64,000 nt of DNA from Octopus vulgaris (Eukaryota): positions 65,782,001 through 65,846,000 of the forward strand of contig OX597822.1 of NCBI GenBank assembly GCA_951406725.2, given 5' to 3'. Each line of letters opens with the position of its first letter. The first letter of the stretch is position 1. Below are positions 40,196 to 55,144 of this stretch, in pieces. The position numbers were made by a program, and so were the translations under genes. The notes under the pieces are model-generated. The model was not told the origin of the DNA. It made no database searches and saw nothing but the letters and a program-made list of their open reading frames with translations.

Positions 40196-40959
40196 GAGAT
40201 AGATAGAGAGATAGATATACCACTCATTGTTTCACAAGCTATAAATTTATAGATTTCTCATAACGTTCCACTAAACAATGATATCAATCCCTCCTCGCAA
40301 GTACATCAATTTCTTATTCTGTCTAGAGTGATTGTAAACAATCAGCTTTACTCCGATTAAAAAAAAATATAAAACTATAACAAGGAAATAGATAACATAT
40401 CAGTTACTCTATGTAAAAAAAAAACAAAAAAAAAAACAGTGCCATCAAGGTTGACTTGGTCTTTTCATGTAATTTTCTCGCAACTACTTTTCTTTGAACT
40501 TAAAGCAGATTACTTTCTTTCAATCTTTTTCACTCAATGTAACTTTCACACAAAACACACACAAACAAAAACAGAAACAAAACACGCAAGCGTACACACA
40601 AACGCACCCATAGCTATAATTATAGCTCTTAATGTGTACATGTATATACACACACATATATTTCCTAATAATATCTACTTCTCTCTCTATACGCAAATAT
40701 TAATGCATACATACCTACATCACATTATGCATACATATTTCTGTGTGAAAGTGTGTTTACTCAGGGTTACAATTTACTGCGTATGCAAGACCACTGTGTC
40801 ATATAAACCAACATTTAAACTAGAAAAATGTACTCAGTGCCATCAGATGTATATATTATGATAAATAAACAGCACAAAATGTATAAGGTAATAATCAACA
40901 GGAAAACAATATCGATATTTCCATCGGTTCATTTCCTAGCTTCGTTTCTGTAACGCAAA

Positions 40960-42810
40960 TATCACAGCACCTCCATGTAATGTTTGTTTTATATCGCCTG
41001 TGAGATTGAAACAGAAAGAAGTGTTTTTTTTTTAATATTTTGCAATATCCTTGGCGATATGATAAAGCGTTGCATAGCGGTGTAGCAATATTTGCGTTAA
41101 CGTCTCGGTCTACGCTTGATCCATGACTGCAGATCCGTGAAAAACATAGTCTGGCAAATAACAATCATATCTGCTTATTGTCATAAGCACCGGTGATGTA
41201 GCTTCGGTGCATATCTGTGTGTCATTTTCCACAGCATACACAGCCTCCCACATAAGTGGGCATAGACGGTAAATTGACTGTCCAGCTATGTAGGAGGACA
41301 AACCCCGACACACAGGAGGTAGCAGATAACGGATGTGGTGCAGGCGCATTACTCTTAAGAAACAACTGGCCATCCTGCTCGCCACAGTTCTTGTCCATTT
41401 GATAGTCCAGATCAAACGAGATTCCGGACAATTTAACCGGTTCAAATATTCTCCGCTTTCAGGTGGTATGGTTTGATCTCCCTATACTCTGAGCAGCAGG
41501 CCCATCGATTTTGCATATTTAATTTTCGCTGGTGTCAAAGTTACCTACTTTTTTGAAGCAATGCCGATCGCCTCGAAGTGTTCGGTGTCCGAGACTATTA
41601 CAGTGGCATCCTCTGCAAATGGTGAACATTCACATCTAAGTTCAAGTAGGATGCGCCACGAAAACTCGGATGTTCGCAGTAGTGGCTCAAGTGTCTACTC
41701 ATAGAGAAGAGACGAGAAACAAACTTTTCGGACCGAACTTGTCATATTGAACTGTTCCAATATGGGGCAATTTACTCTGATCATTGAGAAGATGTTGCGC
41801 TTGATAGCATTAATCCAAATTCTGAAAAAGGAACAGAAACCAGTAATTGTATAAATAACCCGTATCATGAAAATTGTTTGAAAACAATTGTTCGGAAACA
41901 ATTATTCAAAAAACAGTTATTCGTGTACTTAATTTTTAATTTTATTCTTTTTGTTTGAATAAATGAAAAAAATTTTAAGTTATTAACATTTCGGATAATG
42001 GCCTTTTTGAATAATTTTCATTCATATTATTTTCCATTCCAATAAATGCTTTTCGAATAACTGTTTTCGAATGATTGTTTTCAAACCATCATTTTCGAAC
42101 AATGTTCACATAATCAAATAACTGTCATGTATCCATATTCGTCCTTATCAAAAGCTTCTAACTGATCACACTTGAGCAGGGACCAAGCCATTTCTGATTG
42201 CTGACCAACACTCACTATGTGATGGAGGGTGATGCGGGTAGGTTTAGATGCTGCATATCTGTTCATCACCGACCCAATCAGCAGTTCCATATACTAACCC
42301 CTTAGCTAACGCGTTGGGTCACAATTTAAAGTCTGCCTTCAGCACAGCGCAATCAAAAGTTGTTAATCTAATTCCTTTTTCTCGGGACCTTTCTCCGCAG
42401 TCCCACCACACCTATCTTCGCACGACTGGAAACATCTCCAGTTCTGCTAAAATTAGACGCAGACATATTTGTAAAGCACTTTTCGAACAAGTTTGACAAA
42501 TAAGAAAAAATCTCGCAACGAGATCGTCCAGAACCTCAGAATTCTTCCTCGTGCAACTACCATAGCTTTCCGTATTCTATCATTCCCCAGCAAGAGTGGT
42601 GGCAGGTAATCAGTAAATTTCACCTCAGCTGTCTTCAAACACACGACTGAGGTCCTACTGGAAAGCCACCTGCGTCATCCTGGATCCAGGTAACATTCGT
42701 CTTTCGTGATCGGTCAAATACCGAATTGTGTCTTTATTTCCACATTGCACCTTTGGCAAGGGTTCTAGATGTTATTTTCCAACACTGTTAATACTGCCGT
42801 TTTCAGAATC
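40960..42810 (-). mobile_element. Heavily decayed L1/Tx1-type LINE reverse transcriptase region
   Basis: Minus-strand translations: LKADFKL*PNALAK..DWVGDEQIC; GFCSFFRIWINAI..IRVN..FNMTSSVRKVCFSSLLYE*TLEPLLR; PFAEDATVIVSD..AKIKYAKSMGL (decayed QG.PLSP and YADD motifs). Confidence 0.75.
41862..42125. mobile_element. MITE/fold-back with imperfect ~55-bp TIRs built of ~14-bp repeats, inserted in the LINE relic
   Basis: tgaaaattgtttgaaaac...aaacagttattcg is the approximate reverse complement of cgaataactgtttt...cgaacaatgttcaca. Confidence 0.7.
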
Positions 42811-44630
42811 GGTGCTGGGATTGTAACTCTTTTCTCTAAAATAGGCACAAAATAAATAGTTTAGTTCAAATCAATATTTGACAGGAACATTCTTTTCTCG
42901 CGTGCTTATAGATGAACGACAAAATTGGACTGGGTAGATTGGAAGTAAAGAACCACAACACATTTTGTGCCTACGGTCTAATGATTACGCCATCTTGCCT
43001 TCCTGCCCATTCTAGATTCAACACTAATTATACTTACCAAAAAGTAAGACGATTGTTGCCAACAAGGAGTTATTAAGATTCGGTTTCAATGCTTAAATTG
43101 AGGCCTTTTTCTTTTATACCACCACAGCCATTGTGAAAATCATGGACACCATATCTCCCTTTAGTTCTCCACCAGAGTATGAATAGTTTGTACGAAGTTT
43201 TAATGAGACAAATATAATAATACACGGTGGGAGTAATGAACTTCCTATATTTCTAAATAGATGTTCCAAAACCGTTCTTCTCATTCATATTATCTACATG
43301 TAGAAGGGACTATGATAACAATTATTCATTGGGGTATATAATTATTTCAGTTTACACACACACAACACACATACACAAACGCAAACGTTTTTCTGGACGT
43401 AATGATGTGTATATAAATATAGTTTGTCTTATGCAAATATTGTGGCTTCTTGGTCAATATCGTGGAATACCGTTAAACGAACTGCTTTCTATGGAACGAT
43501 TCTTATACAAATATAATACGCTCTATGCCTCAATACTACTCCTCCCCCTCAAAAACTAGTAGTAACAGTAGTAGTGGTCGCAGCAGCGGTACTTATAAGA
43601 AAATGTGTTTTCATAAGACACATTTAGGGTTCTTAATCGTGCCTATATCACTGTTAGCAGAAGTCGGATGCACACACATCAGCTGACACAATAGATCGAT
43701 ATATTTAATATCGATATGTTTTCTTTATACCTTCCAATATAAAAGCAATACATTTTCTGATCGGATCAGCGTAGAATATTCATAGCGTGGCATGCAACAC
43801 GTTGCAAGAATAATGCTATATGTATGAGTGTACGTGTGTATGTATGTGTGTGTGTGTGCGTTTGTATACACACATATACACACATTCATATGTGCATGTA
43901 TATTCAAATATAAATAGGGCGTGTATATACAGAAAAATTACAATGAGATGCAGAAGCATGCCCCAGATTTATTGCTATTAATCACTTCAGGGGAACAATG
44001 AATGCTAATAAAAAAGATGTATGAATGACCATCATAGAGGAAAGAAAAAATACATCGATAGAAAGCAGGAGAATCAGAATGAAAATATTGATGCGAAAGC
44101 GGAGAATTGAGGAAAAAATATATCAACGCTCAGGGTAAACAACCCTCACTATAGAAACATTAATTTAAATTAAAAATTATAATGTAATTAATCAAAAGAG
44201 TTGCATTATAAATTGTGTAAAAATTCGCTATTTTCTTTGATTACAAAATTGTTGAACCACCTCCTTTTCATTAGTTTTCCCTTCGCTGTATTTGCGTTAT
44301 AAATTATAATAGATTGACATCTGAACATTAAAGTGTGGTAAAATATAAATATTTATTCGCATCAAACCAGTTTTTTGTTCATATTTGGTTGAGCTGTCAT
44401 CAGCCTCGCGTTCAGTCTCCTCCTGCGCGTTTTTGGTATTTTTTGCTTACATTTGTTTGGAATCTAAACTAATTTTGTATTGTTTAGTCACGTGTAGAAA
44501 GAAAGAGACGCTGGTATTCTGAGTAGACTGTCTGTCTGTGTGCGCGCACATATGCGTGCTAGTATGAGTCGACCGTGTGATAAAGAAGGTTAATTCCCGA
44601 ATATGAGTTTCGAGGTTCCATTCCACTCCG

Positions 44631-44702
<72 letters not shown>

Positions 44703-44715
44703 GTAAATATATATA

Positions 44716-45030
44716 TGGACCACGTGCCATCCGTCCACAACAAAAATCTAAATAGCATCACATAACGACAATACGGCACAACTATTTCACCTCAATTGGA
44801 TCCGCTCTCTTCAACATTACACCAGGACACGTAAAAAAAGAAACTGACCACACAAAATTCAAGAAGTCTTTGGACAAATTCCTTCAAACTGTACCGGACA
44901 AACCACCCACACCCGGATATGTCTCCGCAAACAATAACTCTCCTGAACTGAAAGACTTCGCCAGGTGGTGCTATTAAGTTAGACATGGCCTGGGCCAATA
45001 CTGGCCAAAACCTTTCTAAGTTATTCTAAG

Positions 45031-45032
<2 letters not shown>
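44716..45032 (+). mobile_element. 3' fragment of a second CR1-group LINE inserted in (TA)n
   Basis: GPRAIRP...RHNYFTSIGSALFNITP / KFKKSLDKFLQTVPDKPPTPGYVSANNNSLL. Tandem ttctaagtta tail. Confidence 0.8.
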
Positions 45033-45102
<70 letters not shown>

Positions 45103-45237
45103 AAGACACTAGGATATTTTCCAACATTTCTTAACATGAAACCAATGGATGCCTTAATTCACAAATAAAACATTATACCCACAAATGCGATGTTGAGCAC
45201 TCATTTTCATCGTTCGACATTTACACGCGCGCGTACA

Positions 45238-45275
<38 letters not shown>

Positions 45276-45277
<2 letters not shown>

Positions 45278-45430
45278 GTTGAAACGTTCAGAAAAACAAA
45301 AGACGAAGTCAGGTGTATGAACAACAAGCAGGTTTATTACTTTGACGCTCGGGAAAGTAAAAAAAAGTCTTCTACGTTTCGAGCCTACGCTCTTCTACAG
45401 AAAATAATAAGCGAAAATAAACAGAGAGGG
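45276..45430 (-). mobile_element. Short PLE pLTR-like element with minimal hammerhead-like motif (45369-45404)
   Basis: Minus strand reads UUUU-CUGUAGA-A-GAGC(GUAG)GCUC-GAAACGUA-GAAG. Same family as 34507-34692. Confidence 0.6.
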
Positions 45431-45605
45431 TACATATATATACATAAAAATATCATGTTAGAGGGTTTTAGTACCTCTAAGGGATAATCAAATCCAGAGT
45501 CGCTCCTGGCTATTAGCTGGGTAGGTGCACTCTTTTGTATGGTTGTATGGTAGCAAGCGGTTCGGTTGGTTAACCGGAGTTTAGGTTATATAGGAGAAGA
45601 AATAA

Positions 45606-45776
45606 ATAAAATAACAATGGGAAAGTCGTGGTTTACGCTGGTATGTCTTTAATTAAATAGATAACAAAGAAGGAAAATCAGAGAGTGCTACCCTCATCTC
45701 TGCTTCTTCCTTCTTTGTTATCTATTTAATTAAAGACATACCAGCGTAAACCACGACTTTCCCATTGTTATTTTAT
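45606..45776. repeat. Perfect hairpin with 70-bp inverted arms and a 31-nt spacer
   Basis: 45606-45675 is the exact reverse complement of 45707-45776. Confidence 0.95.
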
Positions 45777-45785
45777 CCATTTTCT

Positions 45786-45830
<45 letters not shown>

Positions 45831-45988
45831 TCAGTCATAAGACAGCGGCCATACTGGGGCACCGCTATGAACAAATTTTAGCTTGAATGGATCGACTCCA
45901 ATGCTTGTGTATTTTTTAAAGCTTGATACTTATTCTTTGGGTCTCTTTTGCCAAACCGCTAAGTTTCCAGGATGGAAAGTTAAATTGT

Positions 45989-46050
45989 TTCCCTGGCGGG
46001 GAATCGAACCCAGGTTTCCCGCAGTGCTACTTATCACTATACTACCGAGA
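45989..46050 (-). pseudogene. tRNA-Asp-like pseudogene lacking most of the anticodon arm
   Basis: Minus strand reads TCTCGGTAGTATAGTGATAAGTA...GCGGGAAACCTGGGTTCGATTCCCCGCCAGGGAA, matching tRNA-Asp D- and T-arm patterns. Confidence 0.6.
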
Positions 46051-46394
46051 AATATATATCATATTTTGCCTTTACCTTAGTTTCTGTTTGAACTTGCGAG
46101 TAAATTTCAGAACGCGAAAGGCCTGTATAGATACTTCAAAGAGAATTTACCTGCAAGTCTCACCCTTGTTACATTGTAGTTTCATTTGTGGCATAAACCC
46201 CTAGCTGCTTCGCTTCAAAACGTTTTCAGTTCAGTGAAGTGGAACAGCATGAAATAATAGAGGTTGCTTAATGACACAGTGCAGTCCCTATTCCGAGATT
46301 GTAAGTCGATATCATAAGTATAAGGGAACGTCCTTCATCAACAGAACTGTTCAGTCAAAAGAGGAATTCTACTTTACGCGCGCACTGTAATCCT

Positions 46395-46830
46395 TCATAA
46401 CTTTGTTATTTTCGGGAATTGTAAGAAAGTTTTTGTCAATCTGTGTTCTATACACGGGAATTCACACGATTATGCAAAAAAAAAATGGTGAGTGATTTAA
46501 GCTGTTGTGTTTAGCGCAGCTCACGTTCACCTTAAAAACCTTCTCGTTTGTTTGTCAGTCTAGCGTGTTGATGTTTTTCAATATCTCTCTTCCCATAAAC
46601 ACATTTAATATCTTATTGGCATTGAAGCCAAAATTTCAGACTGTCCGTACTTTAATCTCTGGTTTAAAAAGACAAATTCTAAAAACTAACCAAAATATTA
46701 AAAATAAAACTAAACCAAAAAATTCCAAAAATTAAGAAAGATCTTTTTTTTTTCATAGCTATATGAAATCCCGTGTGTAGAAGACAAATTGGCAAAATAT
46801 TTTCTGAAAATTCCAAAACAATAGAAAAAA
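46395..46830. mobile_element. Old non-autonomous DNA element with imperfect long inverted repeats
   Basis: tttttgtcaatctgtgttctatacacgggaattcac vs atgaaatcccgtgtgtagaagacaaattggcaaaa are inverted. Confidence 0.5.
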
Positions 46831-47720
46831 AATAAACGTTATAAAGGGTATGTAAAGTACGATTTCGCCCAGTCAGGAACCGAACTTGTATCACATACTA
46901 GACGCACCGAAGGCTTATCCTTGTACTAACGGCCACATCACCACCTCCGCATACATTTATAGCCTTATATCCGCGTTAGGAATCAAATATTATTATTTGA
47001 ACCTTACTTTTGTTAGTAACATTTATAATGTTAACGTTATTTTTTATGTAGCTTTCTTACTTTGCATCTATCTTATATCCCCTTATAAAATGCTCTCTTT
47101 TCTCTTCTCACTCAAAGAACGTGATATTCTACGCAGTATCGTTTTTCTCATCAAAGAAAGGTATATCATTCATCAAAGACACGAAGAAATCTTGTGATAT
47201 TCCTAATCAATAAATTACATGCTTGTGTAATAATACACACTTATTTTCTTTTGGAAATCCTTGCTTCTTACATCTCATGAAACCTGCTCAATCTCTGTTC
47301 CATCTCCACTGACCTAAAATATTCTCAACACCGATGACAGATTGATTTTTGTCTTCTTTTTTTTTTGTTTCTATGCACTGTGATTCAGGATACAATTCAG
47401 AAGAATATATTGCTAGTCGTGATACATGCATACATGCATACATACATACATAAGTATATATTCTTATATATAAGTACAAACATTCTCTCTCCCTTTGTCT
47501 CAAACACACACACACATATATACACAGAAACTCGCGTACACATACAAACACACACACACATATATATGTATGTATATATACACATATATAAATATATATA
47601 TATATATGTGTGTGTGTGTGTATATATATATATATACACATGTGTATATATATGTATGTTTTTTTTTGTGTGCGTACGTGTGTGTGTATGTATAGATATA
47701 TATATGTATATATATGTATA

Positions 47721-47760
<40 letters not shown>

Positions 47761-49151
47761 CTTCTCCCCACACACATATACATATATGTAGAGAGAGGGA
47801 GAGAGAAAGAGAGAGAGAATGCGAGAGAGTTAGACACAGAGAGATTATTTATTATTTCTAGACACAAGTTAATAGCGTATAAGTGTCATAGATCTCTAGT
47901 AAGCTCTGAAAGTTCCATGTCTGTGTGGGATGCATGTTAGTTTTTCGGTTGAATAATTTTTACAGTTTTTAGGTCATAATCAATAGCCTGGAACCAAATA
48001 CGTTCAGGCAGACTGACCGATCTGCGACATATGGCAAAAAGGTTTCAACTTCGGTCATGAACCGAACCAAAGACTCATAAAGTCATGGGAATACTTTTCT
48101 TTGATGTTAATATTTACCTTGATCCAATGAGCGAATGCTTTTCACAGTACTGCAGTATAATACCAACCCACATACATACATATATGCATGCATGCAGGCA
48201 TACATAAATACATACATACATATATACATACTTACGTACGTACGTACATACATACATACGTACGTACTTACATGCATATAATGTATATTTATCTATGTAT
48301 ATATGTTTGCAAATATATATTCATATATTATATATCAGTATGCCTATATATATGTGTGTGTGTGAGTGTTGTGTGTGTAAATATACATATGTATATATAC
48401 ATGTATATGTAAACATACTAATACATACATATATATGTGTGTGTACATACATTCACATATATGTGTATAAATACATGCATATATATATATATATATATAA
48501 ATATATATATGTATATATATATATACACATATATCACACACACATATATACACATTATATATATATACATATATATGTAAACACACTAATACATACATAT
48601 ATATGTGTGTGTACATACATAAACATAATGACTCATATACTCTGGAATTTCCAGGAAGATTTGCTTATTTTGTGACGTAAATAGCAGCACAAATTCTGTA
48701 AACATATCGACAAGTGAAGCATGAAAATATTTTTTTTATAGGAAGAGAATGGATGAAATAAATTAAATGAAGATCAATGCTTACTTAGTCGAAACCCGAA
48801 ATGGTAATCTACTCCGCTTGTAACAGGTCACCATCGTCATGATGATAAACGCACAGAAATATTCTTTGATTAATGTATTGGCTGTTTTTGGCGGTTTTTA
48901 AGAGACATATTTTTTCCGAACGGTTTGCTAATACATGTGAGATAGTAATTGCTTCAATTTATTTTGTCAGGTTTCGAAGTTTGTGTTTGACATTAAGTAA
49001 GGAAAAAAGTTCATTAGAATACACTCACACACCACACACACACACATATATGTATATGAATGTATATATGTATCTATAGAGAGAGAGAGAGAGATAGATA
49101 GATAGATAAATAAATATATAGATATACATATACATATATATATATAGATGT

Positions 49152-49235
<84 letters not shown>

Positions 49236-49631
49236 CAGTGTACATTTAATCACATAAGGAATCCACTCGTAGGATTCAACATGCTAGAAAGAACAGCTAG
49301 GATCTATAACCACAAAATTATGGATAAAATCCCGACAGGAACGAAATATAGAATTTTTAAAAAATTACCATCTAGGTTCCTGGACCAATTGGTTTCTGAT
49401 TTTAGTTTATCAAATAAATAATATTCACCAGGTGAAATCTTCGTCACCAGGTACTCCTTAGATCAAATATATAAAACACGAGGCAATCAACTATGTGCCT
49501 CTTGTTTGTACATCCTAATTTTTTCAAAATCTACTGCGCAGACGCAGGCCTTCTTCAGTATTGTAAGTGTGTATATATATCTATATATATATATATATAT
49601 CTATATATATATATATATATAAATATATCTA

Positions 49632-49690
<59 letters not shown>

Positions 49691-50479
49691 TACACTCATT
49701 CATACATACATACGTGCATTCACAGGCACATTGAGGGAATACATTATTCAGTCAGTGGTGATTATGTATATAACATTGATGTTATGATATACAAATTATA
49801 TTCCGTATTATATTGGCATCATAAGATCAACTAACAGCAGAAATGAAGAACGAGAAAACCTCTTCTACAACTGCTTAAATTTTGTAGAGAAGTATTCAAG
49901 GAAATAAAAAATGAAAGAATGCACCAGTCAAGTGCTGGGTCGCTCTAAATGAGATTAACAAACTCAAAACTAGTAGAATTGGTTCATTACTATGAAAAAT
50001 CGCTCCAGAGAGATCTTAACGCATGCAATTAACTTAAAGGGTAGCTTAAATTTTGAAATTAAATTATGGAATAGATCATCTTTAATTTTCCAAGGGATTC
50101 CCGTAATACTGACAAATGTACAAATATTAAAGCAAACTGTGTCCAGAGTAATTCCCTCTGTGATATTATTCGCTCTTGAGCTTATATGATAATTCCTCGC
50201 ATAGAATAATTATATATGAATCAGTTAAAATATTTTACCCAACTTTTAAATTTGAAATTTCATGATTTAGATTATCTCACATTTATATAAGTTATAATTA
50301 TATGCACATATATGTATGCATATATATCTATATCGAATATCTCACAGTTATATAAGTTATAAGTATATGCACATATATGTATGCATACATATCTGTATCT
50401 CTATCTATCTATCTACCTGTCTATGTATGTATGTATATATGTATGTATGTATGTATATATGTATCTATCTATCTATCTA

Positions 50480-50586
<107 letters not shown>

Positions 50587-52930
50587 TTGTGTGTTTATTT
50601 ATATATACTATGCTTTTGTCATTGCATATTCATATAATATTTTATTATTTATTTTCCATTTATATCTATATTCATATATCAACACTTAAATGTGTTTACT
50701 ATTATGAATTTAATGCTTTCAAACTTGCCTTTCTGATATGAATTTTGCCAATAAAATATGTTGCGTTCTGAACAGCTTTCGTTATATCCGTGGATAAATT
50801 GTAATGGTGAAACTAAGCTGCTCTATCTTAAAAAGCCAATAAATAGCTATAACATGCACATTTTAGAATTATAATAGAAGACGAAGAGAAACATATTTCT
50901 ACCAGCTGTGCGTACACTGTCTTGTGTATGAAAACTTAGAATATCATTTCGTTTGTAGCTTACAATGGCTAACTATATCAGTGGATCAATGCATAAACAT
51001 ATACATACACAAATATAGCATGGACTAAGTAATGAAATTTAATGCAATTATAAAATATTTCCAAAAGAAGAAAAGCTAACAAACATATATTTGAATGATA
51101 TGTAAATGAATATTTAAACGACAGAATTCGTTATATGTTTAAGAATTTCCGAAGATATTAAATATGGTGAGATGAATTTCCACTCTTGACAGCCGTAATG
51201 AAAATCACGGATATTTTACAAGTTTTCGGCAAAAGCATTTAGTGTCGTACCAAATTCAGTCCGTAATTGTATTGATATATATTTTGAACATACACAAAGA
51301 CGTCTATCAATAACTAGAAGTTGCATAAAAACATTATAGCGTCTTACACAGCGAAAAGTCACTTGTCGTAGTTGAATGTAATATACTTGGAAAATATTGT
51401 TGTCTGCTTCTCTTTAAATGAAATATTATTGCTCAAAATGTTTCGGCAATATAGCAAATGATTCTCTGGACGAAATTCAGAAATTACAACGTCTCAGAAA
51501 TAAAGATAACACACAGCCTGTTACCCACAAGTTCATATCACTAACCTACCAAAGTTCAGCTCTATCTTCTTTATCTCTGAAGAACTTATATCCATTATTT
51601 TATTCTTCAACACTCTACTTTCCACTTTACCTAAAAAACCTCATCAGGCTATCGATCAACTTAATGGCTGTCTCGGACTCCATTGAACACTCCAACCTCG
51701 CCGTATCTCTCGATTTCAAACCCATTGACTCCCCCTTCTCCCTCAATCATATGTCATCTTAACACGAATATTTTAAATTTGCATCCTTTATTAAAATTCC
51801 TTCGATACTCTTCATCCCTGTAGCCTTGACTTCGATTTTGAATATTTAACCTTCCTTTAGTTCATATAAAAGGCGGTCTCAAATTTAATATTGACACTAG
51901 CAACAGTGACTCTTGTTCCGTTGACTGTCCATCCCCTTCTCCAAATGTATTTGCTCTATCAATAACTATCTTAAAATGGTTCCCGTTACCAACTATCCTG
52001 CTATATTTAACGATTTAACATATCATCTTACAGAACTTCTGCATCCTGTAACGTGACAAAATTATGTTCCAAAACTCCCTCGAATGATTTCTTTTATTCA
52101 CATAAAATTGCAACTTCAACAAACATATTGTTAAAAGATCTTTCAAAACTATATGTAACCTGGAAATCTGAGCAGGATCTGGTTGCATAACTTGTTCTCT
52201 CCTCCACCTAACTGCGCTCTCTGTGACATTAGTGATTTTGTTTCAGTTTCTATCACACAAGACATTAATCACTGCATAAAATGTAACTGTATGCAATATT
52301 GTGTATTGAAGAAAGAAACTAATACTTCACAGACCAATCTGAAGCGGTCTCTCAGAAGTTCCATGCAAAAACATAGGCCTACATTAATTTGAAACAAATC
52401 ATTTCATAACTATTGAACTTCGTCACTTATCAAAATATATCAAGATATTTGAAAAACTTTCAAATGTTAACATAAAGGTCAGACGCCGTTCTTGCAATAA
52501 AAAAGAGAATTTATGAACCTTTAACGATGTCCATTCTCCATTTAACAAAAATTCTATTGAGTGAAAGTCCTAGGAATAACATGTGGCATTTATTCCATTG
52601 TCCATGATGGTTTCTTTTAGGCACCAGATATAATAATACAACGCCATGATACTACAAACGAGCACACACACACACACACACATACACACACACACACACA
52701 TGCACACGGACACACACACACACAATATGAATTACAACTAGTGGATGATACGTCTGGTGATGTTTACCGTAATGAAACAGTTGTTGAATACAATTAAAGA
52801 ACGGAATGTGAAATTTCTGAGTCATAAATTTTATTCTCTTTTATTCATTATATATGTGTGTGTGTGCGTGTGTGTGTGTGTGTGCGTGCCTGTGTGCATG
52901 TGTGCACGCGTGTGTGTATGTGTGTGTATA

Positions 52931-54060
52931 CAGGGTGCGTAAGGTACTTGAGGGCATACATGTTTGGGGTCATTGCTGCATTTCTTGCTAACTCTGTATA
53001 ATCTTGCTCAAGAAATGAAGAGGCATGCTGTTATTGTGGTTATAAAGGCTGAGCATAGCGATTTAGAAATATCTCGATTTTTAAAGTTCCCAAATCTTTC
53101 GTCTACAAAGTTTGTAAGGAGCTAGAGACTGAAGATGGAAATATATCACCAGTATCAAAGCATAAAGAGTATTTTAAACACTTTGAGATCATTAAAACTG
53201 TTGAATTTATCCAGCAAGTTCCACAGACCATTGATTACAATCCCAGAAAGTCCATGAGGTCAATTGCAAAAGATCCTCCATGCGTCAGAAGGAACAGTTA
53301 GAAATATTGTCCACGAAAACATCAGATATGTTTTATAGGATGAGGAAAGGTCAATTGTTCAGAAAAAGCAAAAGAAAATCAAATCCCTACATCAGATCTA
53401 AAAGTCTCTTCAACACACTGAAAAATCAAACAGAAGATTTTATTTGACTTTTCTCAAACGAGCAAAAACTTCGACCAATATCAAAAAGTTAACAGAAGAA
53501 ATGACAGATAAGATTTGCAGACCCTCCTGAAGTTCTAAGTGTTAGGCATACAAAAGTTCCTGCAGCTGTTATGGTTTTAAGGAGTTGTTAGCAATAAAAG
53601 ACATATGATACCTCCCTCCTCCTTCCACAAGGCCTTAGAGTTAATTCTGCCTCCTACATTGAGGACCTGGAAATAAGTGTTAAACCCTGGATAGACAGTG
53701 TATGCAATGGAAGACCATATGAGATTCAGTAAGACTCGTGATTCCCCAGATCTCAATCCATTGGACTATTACATGTTGAACGTTGTTGAGAGAGAATGGT
53801 CAATGACCATGCCCATAACACCAAATATTCTTTGAAAGATGCCATAGAGTAATGTCCAAAATGAACCAGGACCACTAGATTCAAGCATGTAGATGATTTA
53901 GATCTCATATAGAAGCAGTTGTGGAAACTGAAGGTGGCTTTATTGAATAACATTATAGAAAAGAAGACTTATATTTATCCTCATAGCATTTTTTGATAAA
54001 TAAAGTTATCTGTTATTATATATCTGTGTCTATATAAACAAATCTATCTTCACGCACCCT
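52931..54060 (+). mobile_element. Degenerate Tc1/mariner-superfamily transposon (possibly maT-like)
   Basis: MKRHAVIVVIKAEHSDLEISRFLK HTH start, decayed FS(D)E..NF and (S)PDLNPLDYY motifs. Inverted ends agggtgcgt (52932) and acgcaccct (54060). Confidence 0.8.
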
Positions 54061-55102
54061 ACGTATGTATGTATATATATATATATCATATATATGGTAT
54101 GTATGTAAATATATATATATATATATATATATATTTATGTATATATAAATATATATATATGTATATGTATATATATATGTATATATATGTATGCATATAT
54201 ACATATACATATGTGTGTGTGTGTGTGGTGAGAGCGTTTGAGTATGCATGTAGTAAACCACTTGTATCAAGCATGTAATGTAGGCAATAGAAATATCTTG
54301 GTATTGAATCGTATGAGTAATAATTTCAGAGCTTTCCAGTGAGGCTTTCAATAGAAAAATAGCTTTATTTTGTTAATCATGTTTACTAGTTGTTCTCGAC
54401 CATATATTCATTATCACATGATGGTAGCCGCATGTCTTCTATACGTTTTGTACTCCGCAAAAAGAAAGCATAGGAATGATGTTGGAAATGCAACAATTGC
54501 CATACGTATATGCAACATCCAATCCATCTGAAAAATATTCATCCTTGTTTCCCTCCACCCATTCATTTATCCCTTTATCCATACATCCTTCTATCCTTCT
54601 ATCCATCCATTTATCAATTCATACATATATATGGTGTGGAATTGAGCAGATTACTATGGATTAATATGTGAATTTAGAAACAACAACGCCAACAAAACAA
54701 AATTCACAAGACGCAATATATGTGTCTAGAAGAAAACTGTGGCAACACCCAAACATACATACCAAATAGCAAACCAAAAATCCGCCTAAATAGAAAGAAT
54801 GTTTCTTTCCTTACAAAAAAAATAAAGAAAAAATTGAAAATTGAAACAGCCAGGCTTATATTTCTTTCCACAGTTTCAAACTTTTAATCAATTCTTGCCA
54901 TCTTTTACATATTTATTGAATATATTTATCGATTTCGTAGATTAATATTGCCATTTTCTATTCTGACATTTTTAATAAAATATATGAGACATTTATGTGT
55001 TAAAATTAGAAGTGCGTAAGCGTTAGCTTGGTCTCGGCACGCGCAGTAAATCTATATATAAGCGTATGCGTGTTCTATGGGCATTTATGTGTGTGTGTGT
55101 GT

Positions 55103-55144
<42 letters not shown>

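Noticed and set aside
46081-46180. Exon-like frame FLFELASKFQNAKGLYRYFKENLP after ccttag
   Set aside because: No good donor and no recognisable homology.
51418-52280. 114-aa ORF or decayed LINE-like stretch (AVSLDFK)
   Set aside because: Single weak motif; insufficient support for either a gene or a defined element.
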